The notes under the pieces were generated by a model, which did no database searches, had not been told where the DNA came from, and saw only the letters and a program-made list of their open reading frames with translations. From positions 600,001 through 632,000 of the forward strand of contig OY969931.1 of NCBI GenBank assembly GCA_963704705.1: a stretch of 32,000 nt of DNA, written 5' to 3'. The position numbers and the translations under genes were made by a program. Shown piece after piece: positions 1 to 10,551 of the stretch (the first letter of the stretch is position 1; each line of letters opens with the position of its first letter). Source of the stretch: an uncultured bacterium (GTDB lineage Bacteria > Patescibacteriota > Gracilibacteria > UBA1369 > PNNO01).

Positions 1-861
1 ACCAAAACCAGATGGGAGGACGAGAACGACCCCAAGGTCGTCTACAGCGGTCATCGGATCTTTATGCTCGCGCAGCGAAAGCGCGACATCAACAATGGCC
101 GCGGGTTCCCGATGACGATCACGACGAGTCAGAAGACCTTCCACCTGCGGATCTTCGTCATCCCGAGCGTTTCCATGGCCGGTCAGGCCGATCGCAATGC
201 TCGGGTCATCAACGAATGGAACAAGAGCCAGGCTTTGCTGGCCAAGCGTGTGGTCGCAAACGAGAAGCGAAGCATCAATGCCCGAAGGGCTGATGTGGAG
301 CTCTCGCTTTACGGCTTCTTCGCCGGCGAGACTCCGGGACATCCGGGTGGTGGTATGGGCATCTCGTCCAACATCATCCTTGGCAAGTTCGCGAAGGACG
401 TGGTGCAGCTCGGCTTGAGCCCGCACATCTCTTTCATGCGCTACCAGCTCCAGATCGAGGGGCTTCCCCCTGACGGAGCGCTGAACCGCGACATGAACTC
501 GACTGAATGGGACTTTGGTCTCAGTTTTCTCCTTCGTATCCAGCCCTTCAAGTACTTGTACTTCGATGGGAAACTGGGCTTCTCCCTGCGTGTCGTTGAC
601 AACAGCGACGCCATGACCTGGCAGGAGGACTACCCCACCTACCAGATCTACGGGATCAACGGCAGCACCGCCAAGATGGCGGTGCTCAACTGGAGCATCG
701 GTATCTACTTCCCGGTAGCACGGAACTTCGCTTTCGGAGTGTCCTACATGGGCACCGTATCCCTGACGAAGCAGGCCTGTGTGCTCAGTGCAACCACTGA
801 CCACAACATGTGCAATTCCTTCAACCACAGCGGCGCGGTCGAAATCCGCGCACGCTTCTAG
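1..861 (+). CDS. C-terminal part of a probable outer-membrane beta-barrel protein (partial at left edge)
   Basis: Frame 1 is open from base 1 (TKTRWEDENDPKVVYSGHRIFMLAQ...) to the stop at 859-861. It has alternating amphipathic/aromatic strands (VQLGLSPHISFMRY, YLYFDGKLGFSLRVV, MAVLNWSIGIYFPVARNFAFGVSYMGTVSL) and ends in a C-terminal Phe (AVEIRARF), typical of BAM-assembled OMPs. Confidence 0.55.
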   Translation, partial: TKTRWEDENDPKVVYSGHRIFMLAQRKRDINNGRGFPMTITTSQKTFHLRIFVIPSVSMAGQADRNARVINEWNKSQALLAKRVVANEKRSINARRADVELSLYGFFAGETPGHPGGGMGISSNIILGKFAKDVVQLGLSPHISFMRYQLQIEGLPPDGALNRDMNSTEWDFGLSFLLRIQPFKYLYFDGKLGFSLRVVDNSDAMTWQEDYPTYQIYGINGSTAKMAVLNWSIGIYFPVARNFAFGVSYMGTVSLTKQACVLSATTDHNMCNSFNHSGAVEIRARF

Positions 862-886
862 AACACGAACGAGAGGAGAAGAGACC

Positions 887-3800
887 ATGAAACGTAACTG
901 TATCATGGCCCTGGCCACGGCATTGATCGTGGCCACGGGCTGCAACCCAAGCGGTCTGGAGCATCAGTGCTTCGAGGGGAGCTGCGGACAGGACAGCGGC
1001 GTCGTGGTTCAACCCGACGCCAACGTCAACAACAACAACGACGGCTCGACGGTGCACCCCGACACCGGAGTGATCGTGCCCCACTGCGGGGACAATCACT
1101 GCGATCCGGGGGAGACCGCCAACGACTGCCCTCAGGACTGCGAATCAGTCTGTGGGAACGGCGTGATCGAACCCAACGAGCAGTGCGACGACGGCAACTC
1201 CGATCCCGGCGATGGCTGCAGCCCGTCCTGCGAGGACGAGTATTGTGGCGACGGGATCATCCAGGTGGAACTGGATGAGGAGTGCGACGACGGCAACACG
1301 GCCTCCGGCGACGGCTGCGACACCAACTGTATCCTCGAGTACTGCGGCGACGGCGTGATTCAGATCACGCTGGGCGAGCAGTGCGACGACGGCAACGTCG
1401 TCTCCAACGACGGGTGCAGCGCTACCTGCCAGGTGGAGCAGCCGCTTTGCGGCAATCACACCCTGAATCCCGGCGAGGAATGCGACGACGGCAACACGGC
1501 CTCCGGCGACGGATGCAGCGCAAGCTGTATCCGTGAGTTCTGCGGCGACGGTGTGCTACAAGTCAGCCTCGGCGAGGAGTGCGATGATGGCAACATCATC
1601 AACGGAGACACCTGCAACGCCAGCTGCCAGGTCGAATTCTGCGGCGATAACATCGCTCAGGTCGGCCTCGGTGAGGAATGCGACGACGGCAACAACGTCG
1701 ACGGAGACGGGTGCGATTCCAACTGCTTGCTCGAGACGCCGACCCTTTGCGGGGACGGCAATCTCGACCTCGGTGAGCAGTGTGACGACGGCAACACGAC
1801 CCCCGGCGACGGCTGCACTGCCTTCTGTCAGCTCGAGTTCTGCGGTGACGGTGTCACCCAGATCGGCCTGGGAGAGCAGTGCGACGACGCCAACATCGTG
1901 TCCGGCGACGGCTGCAGCGCCACCTGCCAGGTGGAGAGCTGCGGCGACGGCATCATCCAGGTCGGCCTGGGAGAGCAGTGCGACGATGGGAATCTGATTC
2001 CCGGCGACGGCTGTTCTCCGTCCTGCCGCATCGAGAGCTGCGGCGACGGCATCATTCAGGTTGGCATGGGTGAGCAGTGTGACGATGGCAACGCCGTCAA
2101 CGGAGACGGCTGCAACACCAGCTGCCAGCTGGAGTACTGCGGCGACGGCGTCCAACAGCTGCTCCTCGGAGAGCAGTGCGATGACGGCAACAACCTCTCC
2201 AACGATGGGTGCAGCGCCACCTGCCAGATCGAGGTCCCGCCGCTTTGCGGCGACGGGACCCTCGACATCGGAGAACAGTGCGACGACGGCAACAACGTAT
2301 CCGGCGACGGGTGCAACGCTGCCTGTGTTCGCGAGTTCTGCGGTGACGGAGTCGTGCAGGTTTCCCTCGGGGAACAGTGCGACGACGGCAACAATTCAAA
2401 CGGTGACGGTTGTACCGCGTACTGCCGAACCGAGTTCTGCGGTGATCACATCACCCAGATCGGCCTCGGGGAACAGTGCGACGACGGCAACAACGTCGAC
2501 GGCGACGGGTGCGATTCCAGCTGTATGCTGGAAGATCCCGCTCTCTGTGGCAACGGCACCGTGGATCCGGGTGAGGGGTGCGATGACGGTAATACCGTAT
2601 CGGGCGATGGCTGCAGCGCAGGCTGTGTCATCGAACGGTGCAGCGATGGCGTGCTGCAGCCCACCCTGGGCGAGCAGTGCGACGACGGCAACCTCACCAA
2701 CGGTGACGGGTGCAGCAGCACCTGTCAGATCGAACGCTGCGGCGACGGCATCATTCAGGTCTTCCTCGGGGAGCAGTGTGATGACGGTAACCTTGTGAAC
2801 GGTGATGGCTGCAGCGCCTTCTGCGCTCTGGAGAACCCTCCTCTGTGCGGAAATCACGTTTTGGAAGCCGGAGAGCAGTGCGACGACGGCAACAACGTGA
2901 ACGGCGACGGCTGTACCGCCACCTGCCAGAAAGAGTACTGCGGCGACGGGAGCGTACAGACGCTTCTGGGCGAGCAGTGCGACGACGGCAATCTCAACAA
3001 CGGAGACGGCTGCAGCGCCGCCTGCCGCATGGAATACTGCGGCGACAACAAGATCCAGCTGCTCCTCGGTGAGCAGTGTGACGACGGTAACAACGTCGAT
3101 GGAGATGGGTGTGACTCCAACTGTATGTTGGAGGAGCCCTACCTCTGCGGCAACGGGACCGTGGATCCGGGTGAGGAGTGCGACGACGGCAACACCGTAT
3201 CGGGCGATGGCTGCAGCGCAGGCTGCGTGCTCGAGCGGTGCAGCGACGGCGTGCTCCAGCCCACCCTTGGTGAGGAGTGCGACGACGGCAACCTGTCCGA
3301 CGGAGACGGGTGCTCCTCCACCTGCCACAGGGAATACTGTGGCGACGGCGTCTATCAGCTCCTCCTTGGGGAGCAGTGCGACGACGGCAACAACATTTCA
3401 GGTGACGGTTGCAGCGCCAGCTGCCTGTTGGAAGACCCGCCGGTCTGCGGCGACGGGGTTTTGAACCCCGGCGAGACGTGTGACGACGGCAACACCATCA
3501 GCGGCGACGGCTGCTCCTCCACCTGCCAGCTCGAGTTCTGCGGTGACGGCATCGTGAATTCGGGCCTTACCGAGCAGTGCGACGATGGCAATCACACTTC
3601 CGGCGACGGCTGTAGCGCTGCTTGCCGCATTGAGATGTGCGGCGACAACATCACGCAGGCCTCCCTCGGGGAGACATGCGACGATGGCAACGTAGCGGAC
3701 GGCGACGGCTGCAGCGCGATCTGCCAGCTCGAGAACCCCGCGGCGTGCGGTAACGGCCAGATGGATCCGGGCGAGAAGTGCGACGATGGCAACACCATCA

Positions 3801-6800
3801 GCGGCGACGGCTGCTCCGCTTCCTGCCAGAACGAGTTCTGTGGTGACGGCGTCACCCAGACCCAACTGGGCGAGCAGTGCGACGATGGGAACGCCTCGAG
3901 CGGTGACGGCTGCTCCGCAGCATGTCAGAACGAGCGCTGCGGTGACGGCGTCGTACAGCCCAATATGGGCGAGGAGTGCGACGACGGCAACGTGGTCGAC
4001 GGTGATGGCTGCAGTGCATTCTGCAGTCTCGAGAATCCCGCGGTGTGCGGCGATGGGGTCATCAACCCCGGCGAGCAGTGCGACGACGGGAACAACGTGA
4101 GCGGCGACGGCTGCAACGGCAGTTGCCAGGTGGAGTACTGCGGCGACGGATCCGTGCAAGCGGGACTGGGCGAGCAGTGCGACGATGGCAACGTGGCCAA
4201 CGGCGACGGTTGCAGCGCCTCCTGCCGCATCGAGAGATGCGGCGATCACATCATCCAGCCTTCCCTCGGGGAGGAGTGTGATGACGGGAACGTGGCCAAC
4301 GGCGACGGGTGTGATTCCAGCTGCCAGCTGGAAGCGCCCGCTTTCTGTGGCAACGGGACCCTGGATTCGGGAGAGGGTTGTGACGATGGAAATACCGTAT
4401 CCGGTGACGGGTGCAGCTCCGGCTGTGTCCCTGAGGGCTGCGGTGACCATGTGCTTCAGCCGTCCCTCGGCGAGGAGTGCGACGACGGCAACCTTTCCAA
4501 TGGCGATGGCTGCAACGCAGCCTGCCAGCGCGAGTACTGCGGCGACGGCGTGATCCAGCATCTGCTGGGCGAGGAGTGCGATGACGGTAACAACATCAAC
4601 GGTGATGGCTGTGACAACAGCTGCCATCTCAGCACTCCTGCTGTGTGCGGCAACGGGGTTTTGAACCCCGGTGAGCAGTGCGACGACGGAAACAACGTGG
4701 CCGGCGACGGCTGCAACGCCTTCTGTCAGCGCGAAATCTGCGGTGACGGCATCGTACAACCCGCTCTCGGTGAGCAGTGCGATGACGGCAACGTGGGCAA
4801 CGGTGACGGCTGTAGTGCTTCGTGCAAGATCGAGTACTGCGGCGACACGGCGCACCCCCTGCTCGGTGAACAGTGCGACGACGGCAACGTGATCAACGGC
4901 GACGGCTGCGATTCCAACTGCATGTTGGAGGCACCGGCCGCCTGCGGTAACGGCACCGTGGATCCGGGTGAGGAGTGCGATGACAACAACACCGTATCCG
5001 GCGACGGGTGCAGCTCGGGCTGTACCCTGGAGGGATGCGGAGACCATATCACTCAGGCCTCCTTGGCGAGGAGTGCGACGACGGCAACGCGGTCAGTGGC
5101 GACGGGTGCAGCAGCACCTGCCAACGCGAGTACTGCGGCGACGGCGTGACGCAACTCACCCTTGGTGAACAGTGCGACGACGGTAACAGCGTGAACGGCG
5201 ATGGCTGCAACGCCTTCTGCAAGATCGAAATCCCGCCCATGTGCGGCGACGGCATCCTGCAGACTGGTGAGCAGTGCGACGACGGTAACAACGTTTCCGG
5301 AGACGGCTGCAACGCGGGTTGCGTGAAGGAGTTCTGCGGCGACGGCGTGCAGCAACCCGGCTTGGGTGAGCAGTGTGATGACGGTAACGCGACCAGCGGC
5401 GACGGGTGTTCCGCCGCCTGCAGGCGCGAAATCGTGGCGATAACGTCGTTCAGCTCGGCCTCGGCGAGCAGTGCGACGACGGCAACAACGTTTCGGGTGA
5501 CGGCTGCGACGCCACCTGCCAGTTCGAGGTCCAGCCCACGTGCGGAAACGGCGTGACTGACCCCAACGAGCAGTGCGACGACAGCAACAACCTGAACGGT
5601 GATGGCTGCAGCGCCGGTTGTCTCTTGGAGTACTGTGGCGACGGCGTTCTCCAGCCCCTCATGGGCGAAGAGTGCGACGACAGCAACACCTCCTCGGGCG
5701 ACGGATGCTCAGCGACCTGCCGTATCGAACGCTGCGGAGACGGCGTCGTGCAGGCTTCCCTCGGGGAGCAGTGCGACGACGGCAACGTGGTGAATGGTGA
5801 TGGTTGCAGCGCAGGCTGCAACCTCGAGAATCCGGCAGTTTGCGGCGATGGCGCCGTGGATGCCGGGGAGCAGTGCGACGATGGGAACAACATTCCCGGA
5901 GACGGCTGCAATGCAACCTGCCAGAAGGAGTACTGCGGCGATGGTTCCGTGCAAGCGGGCCTGGGCGAGCAGTGCGACGATGGCAACAACTTTAGCGGTG
6001 ATGGCTGCTCCGCAGCCTGCCGAATCGAATACTGCGGAGACGGTATCAGTCAGGTGCCCATGGGAGAGGAGTGCGACGATGGCAACATCGTCTCCGGAGA
6101 CGGCTGCTCCTCTTCCTGCCACTTGGAGATTCCGGCACTCTGCGGCGACGGCAACGTGGACCCCGGTGAGCAGTGCGACGACGGGGACAGCGTTTCCGGC
6201 GACGGCTGTAGCGCCGGTTGCCTCCTGGAGTATTGCGGTGACGGCGTCATGCAGGCTTCCCTTGGGGAGCAGTGCGACGACGGCAACGCATCCAGCAACG
6301 ACGGGTGCAGCGCTACCTGCCAGATCGAACGGTGTGGTGACGGCACTGTCCAGGTTTTCCTGGGCGAACAGTGCGATGACGGGAATCTCGTCAACGGCGA
6401 CGGGTGCAATGCCAGCTGCCAGTTGGAGGCTCCGTCGATGTGCGGCAACCACACCATCGACCCCGGTGAGCAGTGCGACGACGGAAACAACGTTTCCGGT
6501 GACGGCTGCAACGCCACCTGTCAGCGCGAATTCTGTGGGGACGGGCTCACGCAGCCCGGACTCATGGAGGAGTGCGATGACGGCAATGTCTCCAATGGAG
6601 ACGGCTGTTCCGCCAGTTGCCGCCTCGAGTATTGCGGGGATGGCGTCATTCAGGTGCTGCTCGGTGAGCAGTGCGACGACGCCAACTTCGTGAACAACGA
6701 CGGCTGCAACAACAACTGTCGGCTCAGCGCTCCGCACATCTGCGGAAACGGGGTCATCAACCCCGGCGAGCAGTGCGACGATGGCAACATCATTTCCGGA

Positions 6801-7990
6801 GACCTCTGTAGCTCTTCCTGTATGGTGGAGTACTGCGGCGACCATATCACCCAGGTTGGTCTGGGTGAGGAGTGTGACGATGGCAACATCGTCAACGGTG
6901 ACGGCTGCAGCAGCAACTGCCTGCGGGAGTACTGCGGTGACGGTGTCATTCAAGTGCTGCTCGGTGAGCAGTGCGATGATGGCAACATCGTCTCCGGGGA
7001 CGGATGTTCATCCATCTGTCGTGTAGAAAACCCTTAGAAGGCCCCACTGGACCAAGCTGCTCCGACGGCGTCGACAACGACGGCGACGGACTGGTGGACT
7101 GCAACGACCCAGGCTGCGCAGGCGATCCCGCCTGCGCAGTCCCGGGGGTTGAGGTCTGCTCCGGTGGGGTAGACGAGGATGGCGACGGTCTTGTGGACTG
7201 TGCCGACCCCGACTGCTCGAATTCCCCCTTATGTCCCGAGAACTGCACCAACGGTATCGACGATGATGCCGATGGTCTCGTGGATTGCAACGATACAGAG
7301 TGCGCGGCTCATCCCGCGTGCGTTGGTCCCACCACAGAAATCTGCAACGACGGGCTCGACAACGACGGTGACGGTCTTGCAGATTGCCTCGATCCGGACT
7401 GCGTGGCTCATCCCGCGTGTGCTCCGGGCGTTGAGATCTGCAATAACCTCACCGACGACGATGGTGATGGCAGGGTCGATTGCCAGGATCCAAATTGCTG
7501 GGCTACCGCCTTCTGCATCGGTGTTACGGAGAACTGCTCCGATGGCATCGACAACGACGGCGACGGCAAAACCGACTGCGAGGATGATAAGTGCAGCGGC
7601 CGTCTCGGCGGCAACGGCACCATCTGTGCATATGGTCGGCGGCAGGAACTCCTGTGCAACGACGGCATCGATAACGATGGCGACGGCCTGATCGATTGCC
7701 TCGATCCCGACTGCTCTCTTGATCCCGTTTGTGGTTTTACCACAACGGAGAACTGCGAGGGTGGTGGTGACGAGGACGGCGACGGCCAAGCCGATTGTGT
7801 CGATAGCGATTGCCGGAACCATCCACGGTGTATGGTCTGGAACACTGCAAGAACCGGAACTACAGGAACTTTGTGTCCCACAGACACTTCCGGAACCTGC
7901 GCTACTGGTATTCTAAGTGCTCCAGATTACGACAACGTAAAGTGGTGTCGACCCATCAACCCGGTCTGCTATACGGACTACGTGAAGTAG
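887..7990 (+). CDS. Giant Cys-rich repeat lipoprotein (DUF4215-like array plus D/N-G-D-G repeat domain plus C-terminal [10 protein letters not shown] domain), interrupted by three apparent -1 frameshifts
   Basis: ATG at 887 after GGAG-like SD; signal peptide and lipobox [19 protein letters not shown]. Homologous repeats run through frame 2 (887-~5065), frame 1 (~5065-5433), frame 3 (~5434-7033) and frame 2 again (~7034-7990). The repeat phase is restored at each switch by adding one base. Confidence 0.8.
1151..7019 (+). repeat. 59 tandem DUF4215/Myxococcus cysteine-rich-type repeats (consensus [32 protein letters not shown])
   Basis: Units counted by hand in the three-frame translation. Short units lack the two extra residues before GEQC ([16 protein letters not shown]), and every third unit ends in LExP. 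Confidence 0.9.
7058..7831 (+). repeat. 8 tandem C-[ND]-DG-x-DNDGDG-xx-DC-x-D-x-DC repeats (thrombospondin type 3/MopE-like Ca-binding flavour)
   Basis: [77 protein letters not shown] and [11 protein letters not shown] read directly in ORF 7004..7990. Confidence 0.8.
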
Positions 7991-8023
7991 CCGGTCCATC
8001 CGCAACTAATTGTTCAACCTTAT

Positions 8024-8060
8024 AAAGGCGGGCTCACATATGTGAACCCGCCTTTTCCCC
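8024..8060 (+). terminator. Rho-independent-like terminator after the giant repeat gene
   Basis: aaaggcgggctcacat / atgtgaacccgccttt is a 16-nt inverted repeat with one mismatch, then ttttcccc. It marks the edge of the GC-rich block. Confidence 0.7.
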
Positions 8061-8131
8061 ATATAAAAAATTTGCTTTTATGTAATTAATTTGGTATCAA
8101 TGCGTTCTATATATTGGAAATGATTTTGTGC

Positions 8132-8159
8132 TTGACAAGTTTGTCGAATAATGTAAAAT
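8132..8159 (+). promoter_or_regulatory. Sigma70-type promoter for the 8189 lipoprotein gene
   Basis: TTGACA (8132-8137), 16-nt spacer, TAAAAT (8154-8159), ~30 nt before the ATG. Confidence 0.6.
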
Positions 8160-8188
8160 AACATCTAAAATTCTTAATACCTTATAAT

Positions 8189-9586
8189 ATGTCAAAATTA
8201 GATAGAAATACGGAAAATTTAGAAAAGCGCTTTCAAAAGCCTAAATTTTATTTAAATCCCAATTCAATTTGGGGTAAAATTGCACGTCCGATTACATTAG
8301 CTGTTGGTTTAGTTCTTGCTGGAGGAGTAGCTGCTTGTAAATTTGACGTAGGTGGATTCGCTCCACCTGATCGTCCGGATTCAAGACCATTAGACGACGG
8401 AAGTTTTGATGCAGGAACAGATGCTGGTGATGCTGGTCCAACTGATGAAATTTGTAATGATGGAATCGATAATGATCAGGATGGGAAAATAGACTGCGCT
8501 GATGAAGATTGTTTAGGGAATCCTTCTTGTCCTGAAATTTGTGATGATGAAGTTGATAATGACGGAGACGGGAAAATTGATTGTGCTGATAGTGATTGTG
8601 TTGGTCATCAGGGAAGTGGAGGTTTATGCGAACAAGCTGAAACCAATTGTGCAGATGGATTTGATAATGATGCAAATGGATTAATAGATTGTGCAGATAC
8701 TGCTCACTGCGGCGGAAGTCCTGATTGTGGTGAAACTGTATGTAATGATGGCATCGATAATGATAATGACGGTAAAACTGACTGCGCTGATAGTGAATGC
8801 GTTGGCCAAACCGGTCAAAATGGAGAAATTTGCGAAGCAACTGAAGTAACTTGTGATGATGGTTTTGATAATGATGGTGACGGCCAATCAGACTGTGATG
8901 ATCCTGATTGTTTAAATACAGCAGCTTGCGGAGAATCTACATGCAATGACGGTATAGATAATGATAATGACGGTAAAACTGACTGCGCAGATAGTGAATG
9001 TGTGGGGCAACTTGGACCAAATGGAGAAACATGTGAATTAACTGAAGTTTCTTGTGCTGATGGTCAAGATAATGATGGTGATGGACTTATAGATTGTGAA
9101 GACCCAGATTGTTTTAGCGCTTCATGTTCTGAAGTATGTGATGACGGACAGGATCATGATAATGATGGTTTAGTTGGATGTGCAGACCCTGATTGTACGG
9201 GCTTCACCGATGGTTTAACAATGTGTGCATACGGGCAAGAATGGGAAACCGATTGTACAGATGGTGTAGATAACGATGGCAATGGATACACAGACTGTGA
9301 TGATATTGCATGTTCAATAACTGCCGCATGTGGTGCGGTTGTTGAAGATTGTACAAGTTTTACTGCTGATGTTAATGGAGATGGTTTACAAAAATGTGAA
9401 GATGTAACATGTTTATTCGATCTGGATTGTATAGATTGGCCTCGTTCATGTTCAGGTTCTGCTGGATCTATATGTCCTACACAGCAATCCGGTACTTGTG
9501 CAACTGGAACATGTTCTGAAGGAGCCACTTATAATGGTCAGACTCTGCCAAAAGTTTGTAGCCCTATAGATCAATCTTGTTACTAA
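8189..9586 (+). CDS. AT-rich repeat lipoprotein with about 9-10 C-x-D-G-x-D-N-D-x-D-G repeats; homologue of the C-terminal part of the 887-7990 protein
   Basis: Intact ORF; lipobox-like LAGGVAAC after a hydrophobic stretch; repeats such as [20 protein letters not shown]. It shares the CAYG insert and C-terminal [12 protein letters not shown]...CSPIDQSC with [12 protein letters not shown]...CRPINPVC of the upstream protein. Confidence 0.85.
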   Translation: MSKLDRNTENLEKRFQKPKFYLNPNSIWGKIARPITLAVGLVLAGGVAACKFDVGGFAPPDRPDSRPLDDGSFDAGTDAGDAGPTDEICNDGIDNDQDGKIDCADEDCLGNPSCPEICDDEVDNDGDGKIDCADSDCVGHQGSGGLCEQAETNCADGFDNDANGLIDCADTAHCGGSPDCGETVCNDGIDNDNDGKTDCADSECVGQTGQNGEICEATEVTCDDGFDNDGDGQSDCDDPDCLNTAACGESTCNDGIDNDNDGKTDCADSECVGQLGPNGETCELTEVSCADGQDNDGDGLIDCEDPDCFSASCSEVCDDGQDHDNDGLVGCADPDCTGFTDGLTMCAYGQEWETDCTDGVDNDGNGYTDCDDIACSITAACGAVVEDCTSFTADVNGDGLQKCEDVTCLFDLDCIDWPRSCSGSAGSICPTQQSGTCATGTCSEGATYNGQTLPKVCSPIDQSCY

Positions 9587-9805
9587 AAAGAATACGAATA
9601 ATTTAATATATCCTAGTTTTTGGTCTGATTTAATATAATCGGACATATCATTAATTGATATTGTTATCGATTGTTATCGGATCAAATGTCCATTGAAAAC
9701 CTGCTTAAAGCTTATGATGAGCCTTGTTTTGCTAAAAAAAATTTTTGGCAGGACAGGGTTCATCAACTTTTAGAAAAACACACCGAAAACACGGAGGAAA
9801 GTCTC

Positions 9806-10471
9806 ATGCAGAAGATCGCGATGATGATGTGTGTCGTTGCCCTGACGTTCGTTGCCTGCAACGAGCACCCCGGGGAGTACAGCGATGCGAACAACAACAA
9901 CGAGCCCGCTGTGAATAACAACAACAGCGGCACCAACGACAACAACTGCTGCGATGTGCAGCCCACCTTCACGGCCTGGTCGACAGACATGCTCGCGACC
10001 TGGGTCCAGAAGCAGGACGGATCCGTGGAATTGGGGGCTGTGCTCACGCCTGAGTCGTGCGATGGGGAACGAGCAAGGTACGATTACTACGTGACTTCGC
10101 GTCCCATGGTCTTCCTGTTCTCGGCTTCGACTGATTTGACGATTCAGTCGACAATCCCCCTGGAGGCCTACATCGTCAACCAGAACCCCGATGACCCCTG
10201 GTCGTTCTGGGTCATGGAGTTCGAGATCAAGGAGTTTTATGGGCTGGATCCGTTCTGGCACATCAAGCGTTTTCCCACATCCATGAGCCAAGCCGAGGGC
10301 TTCAAGTACTCGGCGAGCGCGTTCATCTGCGGTAAGCAGATCGATGCCATCAACTTGGGATGCTGGAACGTGTTCGAGGATGCGTTCTTCGAGCCGGCCG
10401 GCAATCAGCGCAACTATTACTTCGAGGAGGACGAGTTCGGAGAAATCTTCGTACTCATCGTAGTTCGGTAG
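9806..10471 (+). CDS. Small GC-rich lipoprotein, function unknown
   Basis: ATG at 9806 with GGAGG SD (9793-9797); MQKIAMMMCVVALTFVAC signal/lipobox; Asn-rich linker NNNNEPAVNNNNSG. The ORF track extends to a TTG at 9671, but the composition changes to GC-rich near 9806. Confidence 0.7.
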   Translation: MQKIAMMMCVVALTFVACNEHPGEYSDANNNNEPAVNNNNSGTNDNNCCDVQPTFTAWSTDMLATWVQKQDGSVELGAVLTPESCDGERARYDYYVTSRPMVFLFSASTDLTIQSTIPLEAYIVNQNPDDPWSFWVMEFEIKEFYGLDPFWHIKRFPTSMSQAEGFKYSASAFICGKQIDAINLGCWNVFEDAFFEPAGNQRNYYFEEDEFGEIFVLIVVR

Positions 10472-10551
10472 GGATTGGGGTCTCTCTGAAGCATCTTCCC
10501 TCCCTCCCAGTCCATACATGCTTCTTTGAGACCCTTTGTTTTCCAGGGTTT

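Noticed and set aside
3398-5047. Long minus-strand ORF (549 aa) and other long antisense ORFs at 1556-2155, 2396-3328 and 5709-6953
   Set aside because: They are antisense shadows of the Cys/Asp/Gly-rich DUF4215 array: low-complexity AVAVVALLT patterns, repeating with the array, with no start context. All are better explained by the + strand.
1278-5168. Overlapping + strand ORFs in alternative frames ([11 protein letters not shown]..., ATTATTS...)
   Set aside because: Off-frame readings of the same repeat. The real frame is fixed by conserved CGDG...GEQCDDGN...GDGC motifs and the lipobox start.
1151-7019. Possible CRISPR or non-coding satellite array because of the regular ~99 bp periodicity
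   Set aside because: Periodicity is codon-phased, units vary mainly synonymously or conservatively, no constant repeat/unique spacer pattern exists, and no cas genes are present.
5060-7037. Programmed -1/+1 ribosomal frameshifting as the cause of the split frames
   Set aside because: None of the three sites has a clear X-XXY-YYZ slippery heptamer with a downstream pseudoknot, and three such sites in one gene would be extraordinary. Real deletions or sequence errors are simpler.
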